Shown: in pieces, positions 1 through 11,149 of the stretch | Numbering within the stretch: the stretch's first letter is position 1 | Layout of the letters: each line of letters opens with the position of its first letter | Origin: Candidatus Bathyarchaeota archaeon | GTDB taxonomy: Archaea > Thermoproteota > Bathyarchaeia > Bathyarchaeales > Bathycorpusculaceae | DNA length: 64,000 bases | Direction: 5' to 3' | Assembly: GCA_963782525.1 (NCBI GenBank) | Contig: CAWAKC010000003.1 | Location: forward strand, 352,001-416,000 | Translations under genes and position numbers: made by a program | The notes under the pieces: model-generated | Database searches by the model: none | Told to the model about the DNA's origin: nothing | Seen by the model: only the letters and a program-made list of their open reading frames with translations

Positions 1-456
1 TGTCTCAAATATTTTCTTAAAGGTTACAAAGTTGATCGTAGCAGACTTGGATAATTCTTCTGCTAACGTTTTTGGGGCGTTTGTTTGCAAGTAGTTTTTG
101 TAAGCCTCGCCCATTGTATCTTCCAAGGTAATTAGTTGTTTTAGTATTTCACAAGAGAGTAAGTAATCTAAATTGTTGATTTTGGAGACTTTTTTAAACA
201 GCATCGCAGTCTCTGCTGCTAATTCAGTTAGGTTTTTCTTGGTGCTTTTGTTTTCTATTTCTTCAGGATCAAAATAGTCGAGTACTGCTTGAATAATTTT
301 TGAATTTTTTAAACTGTCATAGGCGAGACCTAAAACGTAACTGCTTTCTGGCGGGTTGATTTTTCTAGAAAGAGTTTCGTAAAGTCTAGAACTTTCGTTT
401 TCAACGATGCTGCATTGTTTTAGATACTGGATGCTTTCCTGAACTTTATCGTTCAT
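1..456 (-). CDS. Hypothetical helical (possibly ferritin-like) protein, runs off window edge
   Basis: Own translation from ATG at 456: MNDKVQESIQYLKQCSIVENESSRLYETLSRKI..., open to position 1. Confidence 0.65.
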   Translation of the reverse strand, partial: MNDKVQESIQYLKQCSIVENESSRLYETLSRKINPPESSYVLGLAYDSLKNSKIIQAVLDYFDPEEIENKSTKKNLTELAAETAMLFKKVSKINNLDYLLSCEILKQLITLEDTMGEAYKNYLQTNAPKTLAEELSKSATINFVTFKKIFET

Positions 457-643
457 GGTTCGTCAAGGGCTTAGTTTATCGCAAATATTAATAAACATTA
501 TTCTTTCGCTATTAAACAAAATAATTGTTCAACAATTAACAACAAAATTCAAGAAGAAAAGCACCAAAAACAGGTTTCAAAAAGAAAAAATTGACTACCG
601 AACTAAATTATGAGGTAAATAGGGCTCTAAAACCCAATCTCTT

Positions 644-2947
644 CTAAAAGTCTGTTTTTTTCTCACTCATTTTTTGTGGAAGACGCACCGTAAATTTAGT
701 TCCATTTTCCTCTTCGCTATCAAAACTGACACTGCCTCTTAACGCTTCCGCCATACGTTTAATCACAGCTAAACCAAAGCCCTGCCCCTTTGACTTTGTG
801 GTGAACATCGGAGTGAACAATTTGTCTTTGACAGCGTCAGGTATCCCCACGCCTGTATCAGCGACGGTTATGACGATTTCGTCGGCTTTTTGGTTTTTGA
901 AGGCGTGGATGGTTAGTTTGCCGCCGTTGGGCATTGCTTGAACGGCGTTGGTTACCAGGTTGTACATTATGCGGTTTATATATGCAGAATCAGCTAACAC
1001 TTTTCTAGCTTGGTCATCCACCTTAACGGTTACCTTAACATTCTCGGGTAACTTATTCTTAGCCAGCAACTCACGGAATAGCAGCTTTAAGTCAGCCTCC
1101 TCAAAGTGCGGTTTTAATGGTCGCGCAAAGTCTTGGAGGTCAGCTACGATTTTGTTGATGTAGTCAATGTTCTTTTCGATTTCATGGAGGCTTTCTAAAG
1201 CGTTCTGTTTTTCTGTGCTCTGAGGCATGTCTGCTAACTCTGTTTTTGTCAAGTAAACATCACCTGTGATGGCTTGCAAGGGGTTGCGGATGTCATGTCC
1301 CACCATACCGGCAGTTGCACCAATAGCCGCAAGCCGCTCTGAATCTCTCAGCTGTTTAGTCCGTTCTTCCACAAGTCTCTCCAAGTTTTTGTTGTTTTCC
1401 TCGAGTGCCTTTTCCGCTGTTACCTTTGATGTGTAATCGTCAACAAATGAAAATACTGAAGCCATTTTCCCGTTTGCATCAAGCAAAACAGAATTATACC
1501 ATGTGCAGTAAATCACTCGACCCTCTTTGGTTATGTTGCGGTTTGACGAGACAACCTTAGTCTCACCACTGGTAAGCTTGCCCATAGTTTTTTCTACTAT
1601 AGGAATATCCGGCTCGTAAATCATGTGAAGATCCATGATTGGTTTGCCTATGGTCTCTGAAGACGTCCATCCAAACATTTTTTCGGCCTCTCCAGCCCAG
1701 CGAGTAACTACAAAGTTGCGGTCCCACTCAACTACTGCGAGGGGAATGTTTTCAGCATGGAACTTCAAACGTTGCTCGCTCTCTCTAAATGCTTCTTCAG
1801 CTTTTTTCCGCTCTGTTATGTCTCGGAATATCAGGACAACACCTGTTGTTATGCCGTTTTTGTCTTTGATTGGTGCTCCACTATCGTCGATTGGAACTTC
1901 CGTGCCATCTTTTCTAATTAAGACAGTGTGGTTAGCCAATCCAACAACCAAGCCTTTCTCAAGCGCCTTGCTTACCGGGTTTTCAACCTCACTTCGGGTT
2001 TGCTCGTTAACAATATTGAAAATTTCTTTTACAGGTTTCTGCGATGCCTCACTATTTGTCCATCCTGTCAATTCTTCGGCTATGCCGTTCATGAATGTAA
2101 TTTTGCCCGCCAAATCAGTAGCTATGACACCGTCACCGATGCTTGCCAGTGTTGTTGACCAGCGCTGTTCGCTGGCTATCAGAGCGGATTGCGCTTGTTC
2201 TAAGTCAGTTTTGGATGCGGTTACTGTTTTCAGGTTAGCTGTCATCTGGTTGAAAGCACTTGATAGTTCAGTTATTTCGTTTTGGCCTTTGGTTTGTATT
2301 GTGTAATTGAGGTTTCCAGCTCCGATTGTGTTTATTCCGTTTTGGAGGGCTCCTACTGAGTTTAATGCTCTGCGAAAAACAATAAGATAGATTGATGCTA
2401 AGAAAGCGCCGAATGTTGCGACAAGTGAAATAATGAGTAAGGTATTTGTATCATTGATTTGGTGGGCTTGAGCATCTAATGAATGCGACAATTGGTAAGC
2501 GTCCGAGGTCAAAGCCAAACTTTGATTTGCCATGTTGCCCCATTTAATCTGAAATACTGGGTCTATTCTGACGCTTACACTTCGGGAAGCGCTTTGCAAG
2601 TAGGTAACTAGGTCATCGAATTGGGCATTAAGATTTTGCAGGTCTTGGCTAACTTTATTTGCGAGATTTTGCTGTTGCAGGTTGTTGGGTTCCAGTTTTG
2701 CCAAGTCGCTAGAGAGGTAAGTAATGTTGGCTTGCCATTGAGAACGCGATGTGTCGTTTTGGTATAGGTAGTAATCGATAGATACACTGTTTAAGATGCC
2801 TGCTCCTCGTTCGATGTTACTGGAGAGTGCCTCTTGGGAGTTAAGTTGAGTTACTTTCTGCTCTGTGGTTGCAACTGAGGCAGCGATAATAATAAGTATC
2901 AAACTGAAGACGACGATGCAAATCAAAAACTGGGATTTTATTTTCAT
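644..2947 (-). CDS. Membrane sensor histidine kinase (2 TM, HAMP, 2 PAS, HisKA, HATPase)
   Basis: H-box GHDIRNPL, N-box NLVTNAVQAM, G1 DTGVGI, F/G2 FTTKSKGQGFGL; HAMP NEITELSSAFNQM; PAS DITERKKAE. Confidence 0.95.
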   Translation of the reverse strand: MKIKSQFLICIVVFSLILIIIAASVATTEQKVTQLNSQEALSSNIERGAGILNSVSIDYYLYQNDTSRSQWQANITYLSSDLAKLEPNNLQQQNLANKVSQDLQNLNAQFDDLVTYLQSASRSVSVRIDPVFQIKWGNMANQSLALTSDAYQLSHSLDAQAHQINDTNTLLIISLVATFGAFLASIYLIVFRRALNSVGALQNGINTIGAGNLNYTIQTKGQNEITELSSAFNQMTANLKTVTASKTDLEQAQSALIASEQRWSTTLASIGDGVIATDLAGKITFMNGIAEELTGWTNSEASQKPVKEIFNIVNEQTRSEVENPVSKALEKGLVVGLANHTVLIRKDGTEVPIDDSGAPIKDKNGITTGVVLIFRDITERKKAEEAFRESEQRLKFHAENIPLAVVEWDRNFVVTRWAGEAEKMFGWTSSETIGKPIMDLHMIYEPDIPIVEKTMGKLTSGETKVVSSNRNITKEGRVIYCTWYNSVLLDANGKMASVFSFVDDYTSKVTAEKALEENNKNLERLVEERTKQLRDSERLAAIGATAGMVGHDIRNPLQAITGDVYLTKTELADMPQSTEKQNALESLHEIEKNIDYINKIVADLQDFARPLKPHFEEADLKLLFRELLAKNKLPENVKVTVKVDDQARKVLADSAYINRIMYNLVTNAVQAMPNGGKLTIHAFKNQKADEIVITVADTGVGIPDAVKDKLFTPMFTTKSKGQGFGLAVIKRMAEALRGSVSFDSEEENGTKFTVRLPQKMSEKKTDF

Positions 2948-3158
2948 TTTATCTCACTGCTTAAACGCATTATGTCCACAGATTCGGGTTTACCATCAAT
3001 AAGCCCTCCGCTTATATATAATCTAAGGAAATTTTGGAAAAACAGGCAAATTCTTCACCAAACCATTATGGATTGCTTGGAGTAACGTAAGCTAAGATTT
3101 GGGTAAAGTATATAATTGCTGTTTAGTACTCTCCGTTAAAAGCAGGTGAAAAAGCCTA

Positions 3159-4241
3159 TTGGAACCACCCACTAAACCTAAGCTAACTTGGAAGACAGCG
3201 GTTTTTCCGTTAATTGGTTTAGTTGGCTTTTTCATATACATCTACTTTTACAAGGTGGATATTTTAGGCATCCTTGCAACGGCTCAAAACCTTGATCCGC
3301 TAGTTTATGGAGTAGCAATTGTGTTCGGTTTGCTGGAAGTGTTGTTCTTCACTGGATCATGGAAAGTTTTGACAAACTATTTACAAATCAAAATGACAAC
3401 AGCTAGAGCTTACCTCTACGTGTGGTATGGAATATACGTTGATACCATCGTTCCAGCCCAGTCCATAAGTGGAGAAGTCACTCGGACGTACCTGTGCACA
3501 AGAGACAAATGCGGTCCCTTCGGAAAAGTCGTAGCCTCACTATTTACACACAGACTTTTGGGTATGGCGTTAAACGTAATTGCCCTTATTGCGGGAATAG
3601 TTCTGTTAACTATTGGCGGAAAAGTTAACCCGTTAGTTTTCAACGCGCTTATTTTTGTAGCCGCAATAATTGTGGGAATCATCGTTTTAATGTTCGTTCT
3701 ATCTTTCAAGCAACAATGGACCCTAAAAATTATTGATTTTGCAACGCACGCTGTTTACAAAATCACTTTTGGAAGAGTAAACTTGACAAAAATTACAGGT
3801 CAAGCTGTCGAAGCTACACAACATTTTCATGAAGCAATGCAAGAGTTCAGGCATGCTCCAAAAGCCATAGCTGGCTCAGTATTTTTCCTAGTTGTTTCAT
3901 GGCTTTTCAGTTTAAGCATTCCATTCCTTGTTTTCCAATCGCTCGGTCACCCGGTTACATGGAGCATAATCATCGTTACTTCAGCCATCTTCTTAGCTGT
4001 TAAAGCAATTCCAATTGGAGTACCTTTTGAAGTCGGACTCCCCGAAGCCGTGATGACCACCCTCTATATTTCGATGGGTGTAGCCGGACCGTTAGCTGCT
4101 ACAGCTACAATTTTGGTGCGCGTTATAACTTTGTGGTTCCGTTTCTTCATCGGTTTCGGCGCTCAGCAATACCTTGAGTTAATTCCTGCGAAATCTAAAT
4201 CTGTGGAGACCGAAAAAACTAAAATCTCCCCCCAACTCTAA
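3159..4241 (+). CDS. UPF0104 / lysylphosphatidylglycerol synthase TM-domain (AglD2-like flippase) membrane protein
   Basis: Multi-TM; motifs VPAQSISGEVTR, GLPEAVMT, RVITLWF. Confidence 0.85.
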   Translation: MEPPTKPKLTWKTAVFPLIGLVGFFIYIYFYKVDILGILATAQNLDPLVYGVAIVFGLLEVLFFTGSWKVLTNYLQIKMTTARAYLYVWYGIYVDTIVPAQSISGEVTRTYLCTRDKCGPFGKVVASLFTHRLLGMALNVIALIAGIVLLTIGGKVNPLVFNALIFVAAIIVGIIVLMFVLSFKQQWTLKIIDFATHAVYKITFGRVNLTKITGQAVEATQHFHEAMQEFRHAPKAIAGSVFFLVVSWLFSLSIPFLVFQSLGHPVTWSIIIVTSAIFLAVKAIPIGVPFEVGLPEAVMTTLYISMGVAGPLAATATILVRVITLWFRFFIGFGAQQYLELIPAKSKSVETEKTKISPQL

Positions 4242-4259
4242 TTATTTTAGACCTGCAAA

Positions 4260-4709
4260 ATGGAAGTAAAAATTGAAACTGCAACGATAAAACTTCTCGA
4301 TAAGCTCTATGAACTTGAAGAGGAATGCTTTGACCAAGAAGCCTTCAGCAAACGCCAAATAGCTTACTTACTTACAGATTATAATACCATCGCTTTAGTC
4401 GCCAAAGTGGACGGCGATATAGCAGGATTTATTATTGCTCAAGTGGAAGTTGAAGAAAACACCGAGTTTGGACATATAATAACCATTAATGTTCCACCCA
4501 AAATTCGGCGGCAGAAAATAGCTACAAACCTCCTTAAAGAAATAGAGACAATCCTAAAACAGAAAGGAATAACTGAATGTCGACTTGAAGTCCGCGAAGA
4601 CAACCATGCTGCCATCAAACTCTACAAAGCTTTAAGCTTTCAAACAGTGGGTAAACTAGAAAAATACTATGGCACAAAACATGGGTTGTACCTGAAAAAA
4701 ACTCTTTAG
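4260..4709 (+). CDS. rimI: RimI/Ard1-like GNAT N-acetyltransferase
   Basis: GHIITINV, RRQKIA, LEVREDNHAAIKLY, EKYY motifs. Confidence 0.85.
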   Translation: MEVKIETATIKLLDKLYELEEECFDQEAFSKRQIAYLLTDYNTIALVAKVDGDIAGFIIAQVEVEENTEFGHIITINVPPKIRRQKIATNLLKEIETILKQKGITECRLEVREDNHAAIKLYKALSFQTVGKLEKYYGTKHGLYLKKTL

Positions 4710-4801
4710 AGGATCACTCGTTTCTTAAGAACCTTCCCTTTGCTTGGAACAAAAGTTTAAATGAATTGCTGTAGTTTGAAAGGTTGGTTGGGAGAGAAGA
4801 G

Positions 4802-5071
4802 ATGGGAGAACACCGTGGAAGAAAATCAAACGAGCAGACCCTTGTCCAAACTATAGTTGTTTTGGCACGGAACACTACTTGGCGATGTGGAAAACTTGAA
4901 AAATCCATCGTTAAACATCTCTACAAACGCTATGAAAACTTTGGCAAGCCTGGCGTCTCTATTAAGGACATAATGCTCAACTTAAACATAACCGGCGAGA
5001 AAAAAGACGAATGTCTCGATGCCCTGCGAAGGCTCGAGAAAAGAAACATTGTGAAGATAATGCCGATTTAA
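4802..5071 (+). CDS. Small hypothetical protein, possible winged helix
   Basis: ORF; ATG at 4802 preferred over TTG at 4784; C-terminal DALRRLEKRNIVKI. Confidence 0.6.
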   Translation: MGEHRGRKSNEQTLVQTIVVLARNTTWRCGKLEKSIVKHLYKRYENFGKPGVSIKDIMLNLNITGEKKDECLDALRRLEKRNIVKIMPI

Positions 5072-5141
5072 TTTCCCTTCTTTTGTACTTTATTTAATTA
5101 GAAAAATCCAAAATTTTTGAGTTAATTCTCAAAGAAAGGAA

Positions 5142-6530
5142 TTATTTTAATAGTTCACTTTCGCTTGGGGGCTGCTTAATCAAACCATGCTTCATAAGCA
5201 ACTCAGTAGATTCTCTGGCGTTCCTAATTATGGCTGACGCACGCTCAAACAAATCTTGCCGGCTGGGCTTAACACGTGCAACGCCCTGCTCAATAGATTT
5301 CAACGCACATGCAACAGCTTCTCTAGGAAAAACTTCCCATTCATCCATCCTTGGCAAAATGTCTTTTTCACTCATACCTCGCTCTTCAGCAAAATTCGCA
5401 AGTTCCGTTGCAGCCGCAATGCACATGTCATCAGTAATCGTTTTGGCTTTCACGTCTAGTACACCGCGGAAAATCCCTGGAAACCCAAGACTGTTGTTGA
5501 CTTGGTTTGGGAAGTCACTTCTGCCGGTCGCAACAATTCGTGCGCCCGCGTCTTGAGCATCCCAGGGCCAAATTTCAGGGATTGGGTTGGCACAGGCAAA
5601 GATGATGGCGTCGGTTGCCATGGTTTTTATCCATTCTTTTTTTATGGTGTTTGGACCCGGCTTTGAAGCGGCAACCACTGCATCTACACCCTTGAATGCA
5701 TCAGCAAGGTCGCCAGTTCTGCCTTCGCCGTTAGTTTTTTGGGTAACATCGTATTTCCAGGGGTCTTCAGCTTCCGTGATGTCTGCTCTACCCTTGTAGA
5801 TTACGCCCTTGCTGTCAGCAAGAATAATGTTTCCTGGTTTAACGCCCCACTTCATAAGCACATAAGCGGTTCTGATGTTGGCGGCGCCAGAACCAACCAG
5901 CGTTATTAGGCTTTCTTTTGGTTTTTTACCCACGATCTTAAATGCGTTAATCAGTCCTGCCAAAATTACAGTTGCCGTTCCCTGCTGGTCGTCATGCCAA
6001 ACAGGCACCTGCATCTGCTCTCGAGTTTTCTCTAGAATATGGAAGCACTTAGGTTTCTCTATGTCTTCAAGATTTATACCGCCAAAAGATGGCTCCAACG
6101 CTTTGCAAATTTTGACAATTTCGTCTGGGTCTTTGGTTCGCAGGCAAATGGGAAAAGCATCGACGCCGCCAAGGTACTTGAAGATAAGTGCTTTGCCCTC
6201 CATAACTGGCAATGCAGCTTCGGGACCGATGTCTCCTAAACCTAAAACGCGCGTCCCATCTGTAACCACGGCAACGTAGTTCCAACGGTTAGTTAATTCA
6301 AATGATTTGTCGGGGTCTGCTTGGATTTCTCTACATGGTGCTGCAACACCTGGAGTGTACCAGATAGCAAAATCATCCACACTACGTACAGCACATTTAG
6401 GGATAACCTGCATTTTTCCCTCGTAGAACCGGTGCATCGCTGGAGAGAGTTGCGCCGGTTTTTTGGCTTTTGCAAGCAATTCTTCAACTGTGGGTTTTAC
6501 TTCAGTTTTGGGGGCAACCATCCAAGACAC
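5142..6530 (-). CDS. NAD(P)-dependent malic enzyme
   Basis: YTPGVA, DGTRVLGLGDIG, PVMEGK, GGINLEDI, HDDQQGTA, ATGRSDFPNQVNN. Confidence 0.97.
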   Translation of the reverse strand: MSWMVAPKTEVKPTVEELLAKAKKPAQLSPAMHRFYEGKMQVIPKCAVRSVDDFAIWYTPGVAAPCREIQADPDKSFELTNRWNYVAVVTDGTRVLGLGDIGPEAALPVMEGKALIFKYLGGVDAFPICLRTKDPDEIVKICKALEPSFGGINLEDIEKPKCFHILEKTREQMQVPVWHDDQQGTATVILAGLINAFKIVGKKPKESLITLVGSGAANIRTAYVLMKWGVKPGNIILADSKGVIYKGRADITEAEDPWKYDVTQKTNGEGRTGDLADAFKGVDAVVAASKPGPNTIKKEWIKTMATDAIIFACANPIPEIWPWDAQDAGARIVATGRSDFPNQVNNSLGFPGIFRGVLDVKAKTITDDMCIAAATELANFAEERGMSEKDILPRMDEWEVFPREAVACALKSIEQGVARVKPSRQDLFERASAIIRNARESTELLMKHGLIKQPPSESELLK

Positions 6531-6681
6531 TCCTGTTCAACGGTGAAAAACACTGCAGAAGATTTAAAGTTTCCATTAAACAAGCAATCGAGAATTATGT
6601 TAACGTTTACTTACTTTCGTTAAATGGATGTACCCAAATAAAAAAATAAAAAAAGAAAATGATGGTTGGTTTGACTGTGTT

Positions 6682-9255
6682 TTATGCTCGTTTTCTGAGT
6701 ATCAACATAGCTAGCACAATTGCCACCACAATGATGGTGACTATTATGCCAAGTGCAGAGTAAAGGATGTATGTGTCAGTCATTGGTGCCGGGGCTGTAG
6801 TTGTTGGTGTTGCTGTAGGGGCTGCTACGCTTACTTCAATGTGGGTTTCAGTGTATGAATCAAAGTACGAGTTGGTGCCTGGGAACGTCGCTGTTATAGT
6901 GTATGCTCCTGAAACTGGAGGTGCCCATGCGATGCTGTAGCTGCCCATGCTGTCGCTGGTTACGTTACCCATGTTTTCGATGTTGCCATTGGGGTCTAAG
7001 GCTGTTAACATTACTGGGACCCCGGTTGCGTTTGTCGGCTTTGGTTTTTGCATGTAAGTGTAATCCATCCATGCGCCCATGTTTGCGTCAGATATTGCCG
7101 GTGAACCTAAGCTGTTTGGCGATATGGCTTTTGTCTGGGTTGTTACACCTGGAGATTGATCGGTGACTGTTCCCTGAATCATGATGCGTGCACCTTGTTG
7201 CAGAATTTCTGGTGTTGCTGTGAGTGTGGTCGCAGTTTGTCCTTTGCCCACACAATATAGTTGTCCATCATAGCCGTTGATGTAGACCATATATCCGTCT
7301 GCGACTGCAAAGCTTCCTCCTATGCCGCCTGATCCTCCGCCTCCTTGTCCATCCATAGTCCATAATTCTTGTCCTGTGTTTGCGTCGATTGCTCGGATAA
7401 GCATGCCTGGGTAAAGTGGGTTGTTGAAGGAGTGTTCAGAGGAGAAGAGATATATTTTGCTGTCTGCGATGGCACCGATGCCCAATGTGTAGTGTCCATA
7501 AGCTGTTGCGAGGCCACTGTTTGTGCTGTTGCCTGCTCCGCCGTTGCCGTATGTCCATTTTAGTTGTCCTGTTGCACTATCGTAGCAGAATACTGTGCCT
7601 TGGTAACCTGTGGAGTAGAAGTTTCCGTATGCGGTTTGGTAGGTGATTAATCCGCCGTACTGTGTTGTATCGCTGTAATATGCCCATGGTCCTTCAGATA
7701 CCGTTGGTCCCCAGAGTTGTGTTCCGTTTGTGAGGCTGTAGCCGATCCATTGACCTGTCTCTTTGAGGTTCATGATGAAGACGCCTGCGTTGGGGTCGAT
7801 GGGTCCTTGGGTTTGAGTTTCGTTGTTTGCTGGGGGATTGTAGCTTTGTTGCCATAGTAATGTGCCGAAGTTGCTTGCTTTTAGACTGATTGCCCACATA
7901 GTAAATGGAGCTGAAGAGCCTATGCCTGGCAATGTTCCGCTTCTGCCAAGAACTAAATCAGGTGTAACTGCAACAATGGTTGATCCTGAAGGCAACGTAG
8001 GTATTGAGATGTTCCACGAATAAGCTGTGCTCATGCTTACGACTTTGCCGACTGGTCTCCACTCTAAAGCACCAGCGCTCGTAGTATCAGATGGTCCTGT
8101 TGAAGCCGTTAATGCCAAGGCTGCCGTGTTGTTCCACATTTGGAGGTATTGTCCGGTGGTTCCAACGTAGTATTTGTCGATGTCACCGTTTGGTCCGATT
8201 GCTATGGTTCCGCCTGAGGGAACGTTGGTTTCGTTGAACAACCAAGCGCCAGTCATTGGGTCATATGCTGACCAGGTTGTGCCAGATGTTGCCCATAAGT
8301 AGCCATTGTTTATGATTCCGTGTTGGTTGAGGGATTCATAGTCGAAGAGTTGACCAAAAGCGATTGTGATGTTTTGCCACCAGATTTGCTGTCCAGTTTG
8401 CAGGTCGAGACAGACTTCACCGCCCCCTGTCGGATTGTTGCTGAGAGGTAATGCCTCGTAGAGGAAGCCGTTAATTATAATGGGTGTAGCTGCTTTCAGC
8501 TCGTAGTATGAGCCTGTGTAGTATGTCATAGCAGGGTCTATGGCGTTGGGGCTGCCGACTAATCCACCGAATTGAATGGGTTTAGTCCAGACTACGTGTG
8601 GGCTATTTGGTGCTATGCCTGTAGGTTGGAAATGGTTGCTCACCAAGGATCCAACTAACCAGTTTGATGCAATCGTGTACCAATTTGAGTTTTGTCCTTC
8701 TATGGGACGTTGCCAATAGTCAGTTGGAAGCGGATAGACTGGAGGTGAAGCAATCGACTCTGACTGTACGTTAAGCGTTACTGCATTGCTGATGCTGGGT
8801 TCATAATAGTCGCCGACGTAGAGGCTGGAGGTGCCGTTGAGGCCTGTTGGACCAGCAAGGGTTGCAATTTGCCCAGGGAAACTGAATTGGAATGTGTAGT
8901 TGCCTGTTGCTGCTGGAGTGTAAGTTATGTAACCGCTGCTAATTGGGTCAGCAGTGATTGGCCCTTGTGTCGTGTTGGTTCCATCAGGTGCTGTTATGGT
9001 GACGGTGTAGTTTTGGAATCTCATTCCAGCGATGCCTGCGGCTGTTGGGGCGATTTGGTTAAGCCAAAAGACCACAATTACAGGTTGGCCCACACCAACT
9101 GGGTTGGGTGCAACGTTGAGGTATGCATAGGTAGGAATGTTCCATTGAGGCGTATGAGCACTAGTATTTGGGATCATTGTGGCTGCAGATGTCATTGAAA
9201 TTATGAATAATATCGTAATCAAAATTGCTGATATTTTATTTTTTGAGGTTTTCAT
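6682..9255 (-). CDS. Secreted, C-terminally anchored PQQ-like beta-propeller protein (paralog 1)
   Basis: Signal peptide, repeated D..TG..LW blades, C-terminal Ig-like domain, TM and LRKRA tail. Confidence 0.85.
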   Translation of the reverse strand: MKTSKNKISAILITILFIISMTSAATMIPNTSAHTPQWNIPTYAYLNVAPNPVGVGQPVIVVFWLNQIAPTAAGIAGMRFQNYTVTITAPDGTNTTQGPITADPISSGYITYTPAATGNYTFQFSFPGQIATLAGPTGLNGTSSLYVGDYYEPSISNAVTLNVQSESIASPPVYPLPTDYWQRPIEGQNSNWYTIASNWLVGSLVSNHFQPTGIAPNSPHVVWTKPIQFGGLVGSPNAIDPAMTYYTGSYYELKAATPIIINGFLYEALPLSNNPTGGGEVCLDLQTGQQIWWQNITIAFGQLFDYESLNQHGIINNGYLWATSGTTWSAYDPMTGAWLFNETNVPSGGTIAIGPNGDIDKYYVGTTGQYLQMWNNTAALALTASTGPSDTTSAGALEWRPVGKVVSMSTAYSWNISIPTLPSGSTIVAVTPDLVLGRSGTLPGIGSSAPFTMWAISLKASNFGTLLWQQSYNPPANNETQTQGPIDPNAGVFIMNLKETGQWIGYSLTNGTQLWGPTVSEGPWAYYSDTTQYGGLITYQTAYGNFYSTGYQGTVFCYDSATGQLKWTYGNGGAGNSTNSGLATAYGHYTLGIGAIADSKIYLFSSEHSFNNPLYPGMLIRAIDANTGQELWTMDGQGGGGSGGIGGSFAVADGYMVYINGYDGQLYCVGKGQTATTLTATPEILQQGARIMIQGTVTDQSPGVTTQTKAISPNSLGSPAISDANMGAWMDYTYMQKPKPTNATGVPVMLTALDPNGNIENMGNVTSDSMGSYSIAWAPPVSGAYTITATFPGTNSYFDSYTETHIEVSVAAPTATPTTTAPAPMTDTYILYSALGIIVTIIVVAIVLAMLILRKRA

Positions 9256-9466
9256 TTTATTTTTTCCTTTATTTTTTAACGAAAACGCTAAGAGATATAA
9301 CCATTCTAACGATTATAAGAAAAAGCGCTCCCGCCTACCCCACTAACCAATAGGTTTTATTTAATTATATACCCAAATTGGTAAAATGCAAAGATACGAT
9401 GGTATAAAGGTGCAATTGGGGCACTCGACAAAATCTATCTTTGATACAAGCCTTTTACGCAAACCA

Positions 9467-9800
9467 CCAGGCATTGCAAACCTGGAATAATCAACTCTTA
9501 GAAGAAGAAAAACGGCTAAATTCCTACAGAAAAGCTGTCCTTCTTCTTTCAATAATAGTAGAGCGCTCTGTTTTGGCTAGCACTTCTTCTAATAGTCATC
9601 AGATTACCTATCTGGTGTTTAACGGTGGGAATCTGGTTTAGACTTCTTTTTCTTCTTAATTTGGAGGTTCAAGAGAGCTCAAACGAGGAAAACAACACTG
9701 TTTAGTCTGGCAGCATCAGCCGAAATGTAATGTCGGGCATAATGTTCTCCGCAACTGGCGAAAAAAGCCACTGGTACGCAGAACAAAGAAAATCCCTCAC
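9467..9800. repeat. Triplet-arm inverted-repeat cluster 1
   Basis: AGAAGAAGAAAAACGGCTAAATTCCTACAGAAAAGCTGTCCTTCTTCTTTC at 9500-9550 plus half sites. Confidence 0.75.
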
Positions 9801-9879
9801 TACCCTACTTGGTTGAAAAACAAGCAAACGCCAAAATTGACCCGGCATGCAGACCACAACAAAGAAGTGACGTTTTAAT

Positions 9880-9905
9880 TGGTGCGAGGGTGGAACTTGA
9901 ACCCG
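9880..9905 (-). other. Degenerate tRNA 3'-end fragment (att-like scar, Leu-like)
   Basis: Reverse complement CGGGTTCAAGTTCCACCCTCGCACCA: T-loop, acceptor 3' strand and CCA; no 5' half. Confidence 0.5.
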
Positions 9906-10085
9906 TCCCCAGTGGAGACATCACCCGAAGACTCAACTATTAATCGTTTTTTTGGATAGTTAGATATACCAATTTTAAAACAAGCAAATCTTCTAATAAT
10001 TACGTTGCTTTTGGGAGGACAATAAGAAACGGAAACTGAAGCAGAGCACTTATTACTGGGTTAAACTTGGTTACTAACGAAAATA

Positions 10086-10676
10086 ATGCAGCGTTTGAAA
10101 ACTTTACGAGAAACGCTTAAACAAGAAAGCGTTGGTCCCATAATTCGCAGGTTCTTCATTAACACATTATTTGATTCTACTTTTATGCTGCTTGGAATAA
10201 TCGTGGGCTCAGCGTTCGCTGGAGCAGCAGCTGGCTTGAAAATAATCATACTCACTATGTTAACGACAAGTCTTGCTTTGGGCATCTCAACGGGTGTAAG
10301 CGTCTATGAAGCTGAGAGCTTAGAACAAGAACGAAAAATTGTAGATCTCGAAAAGGCACTTTTCACTGACCTAAAAGATACACTTATCCAAAAAACCGCC
10401 AAATATACTATAATAATTGCCACGTTAATCAACTTTGCAACACCCTTGTTCGCATGCGCTGTAACGATCACCCCTTTTATGTTTGTAGCCATAGGAATAT
10501 TGCCTCTGGATATAGCTGGGTGGATTTCTGTTGCGCTAGCCTTGAGTACATTATTTGGTGCAGGTGTTTACATTGGACGAATCGGAAAAACGAATCCCTA
10601 TAAAAAAGGGCTAAGGATGGTAGCCTTTGGAGTGCTTGCTTTCGCCATAGGTTTTCTCTTAAACCTACTCATTTGA
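10086..10676 (+). CDS. VIT1/CCC1-family membrane protein (TIGR00267-like)
   Basis: RRFFINTLFD, LGISTGVSVYEAE; five TM segments; adjacent to DUF211. Confidence 0.85.
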   Translation: MQRLKTLRETLKQESVGPIIRRFFINTLFDSTFMLLGIIVGSAFAGAAAGLKIIILTMLTTSLALGISTGVSVYEAESLEQERKIVDLEKALFTDLKDTLIQKTAKYTIIIATLINFATPLFACAVTITPFMFVAIGILPLDIAGWISVALALSTLFGAGVYIGRIGKTNPYKKGLRMVAFGVLAFAIGFLLNLLI

Positions 10677-10684
10677 GTAGCGAT

Positions 10685-10972
10685 TTAAGGTGTGGGTCTT
10701 TGTGAAATCTGCTTTGCCTTTGATACGTTAACTTCATCTACACCTTTAATTGAAACACCGTTTTCTTGTAAGATATTCACAATTCCGCTATATTCAATAT
10801 TGGCGCCCCTGACAGTGAGTTTTATTGTCTCAGTTTTTGCGTCAACGTCAGTTACTACGATATCGCATTCTTCAACCCCGTTTGTAGCACAAATTGCTTG
10901 AGATAGTTCCACAAGAGAGGTTTCTCGTGCTTTTAGAGCCTCGATTAAGACTCGTCGAATGTGAATTGTCAT
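10685..10972 (-). CDS. DUF211 family protein
   Basis: IRRVLIEALK, VTDVDAKTETIKLTVRG, GVSIKGVDEV. Confidence 0.85.
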   Translation of the reverse strand: MTIHIRRVLIEALKARETSLVELSQAICATNGVEECDIVVTDVDAKTETIKLTVRGANIEYSGIVNILQENGVSIKGVDEVNVSKAKQISQRPTP

Positions 10973-11149
10973 TATGTTTCTCCGTTCCTAAATACAGAGA
11001 TTATGTTTAAAACTCTTTTTCTAGCTAACAGCGTTAGGAGTTTGTTAGCTTGCGACACAATGCGGGGCTGATATGTGCCTCTCTTTGAAAAAGTTCGATT
11101 TAGACCCAGAATCATCCAGACATAGAGAGACTAAAAATTATTTTTCTTT

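Noticed and set aside
948-9198. Numerous short overlapping ORFs inside the kinase, malic enzyme and propeller genes
   Set aside because: Alternative-frame or antisense shadows of well-supported genes; the same applies to similar ORFs later in the window
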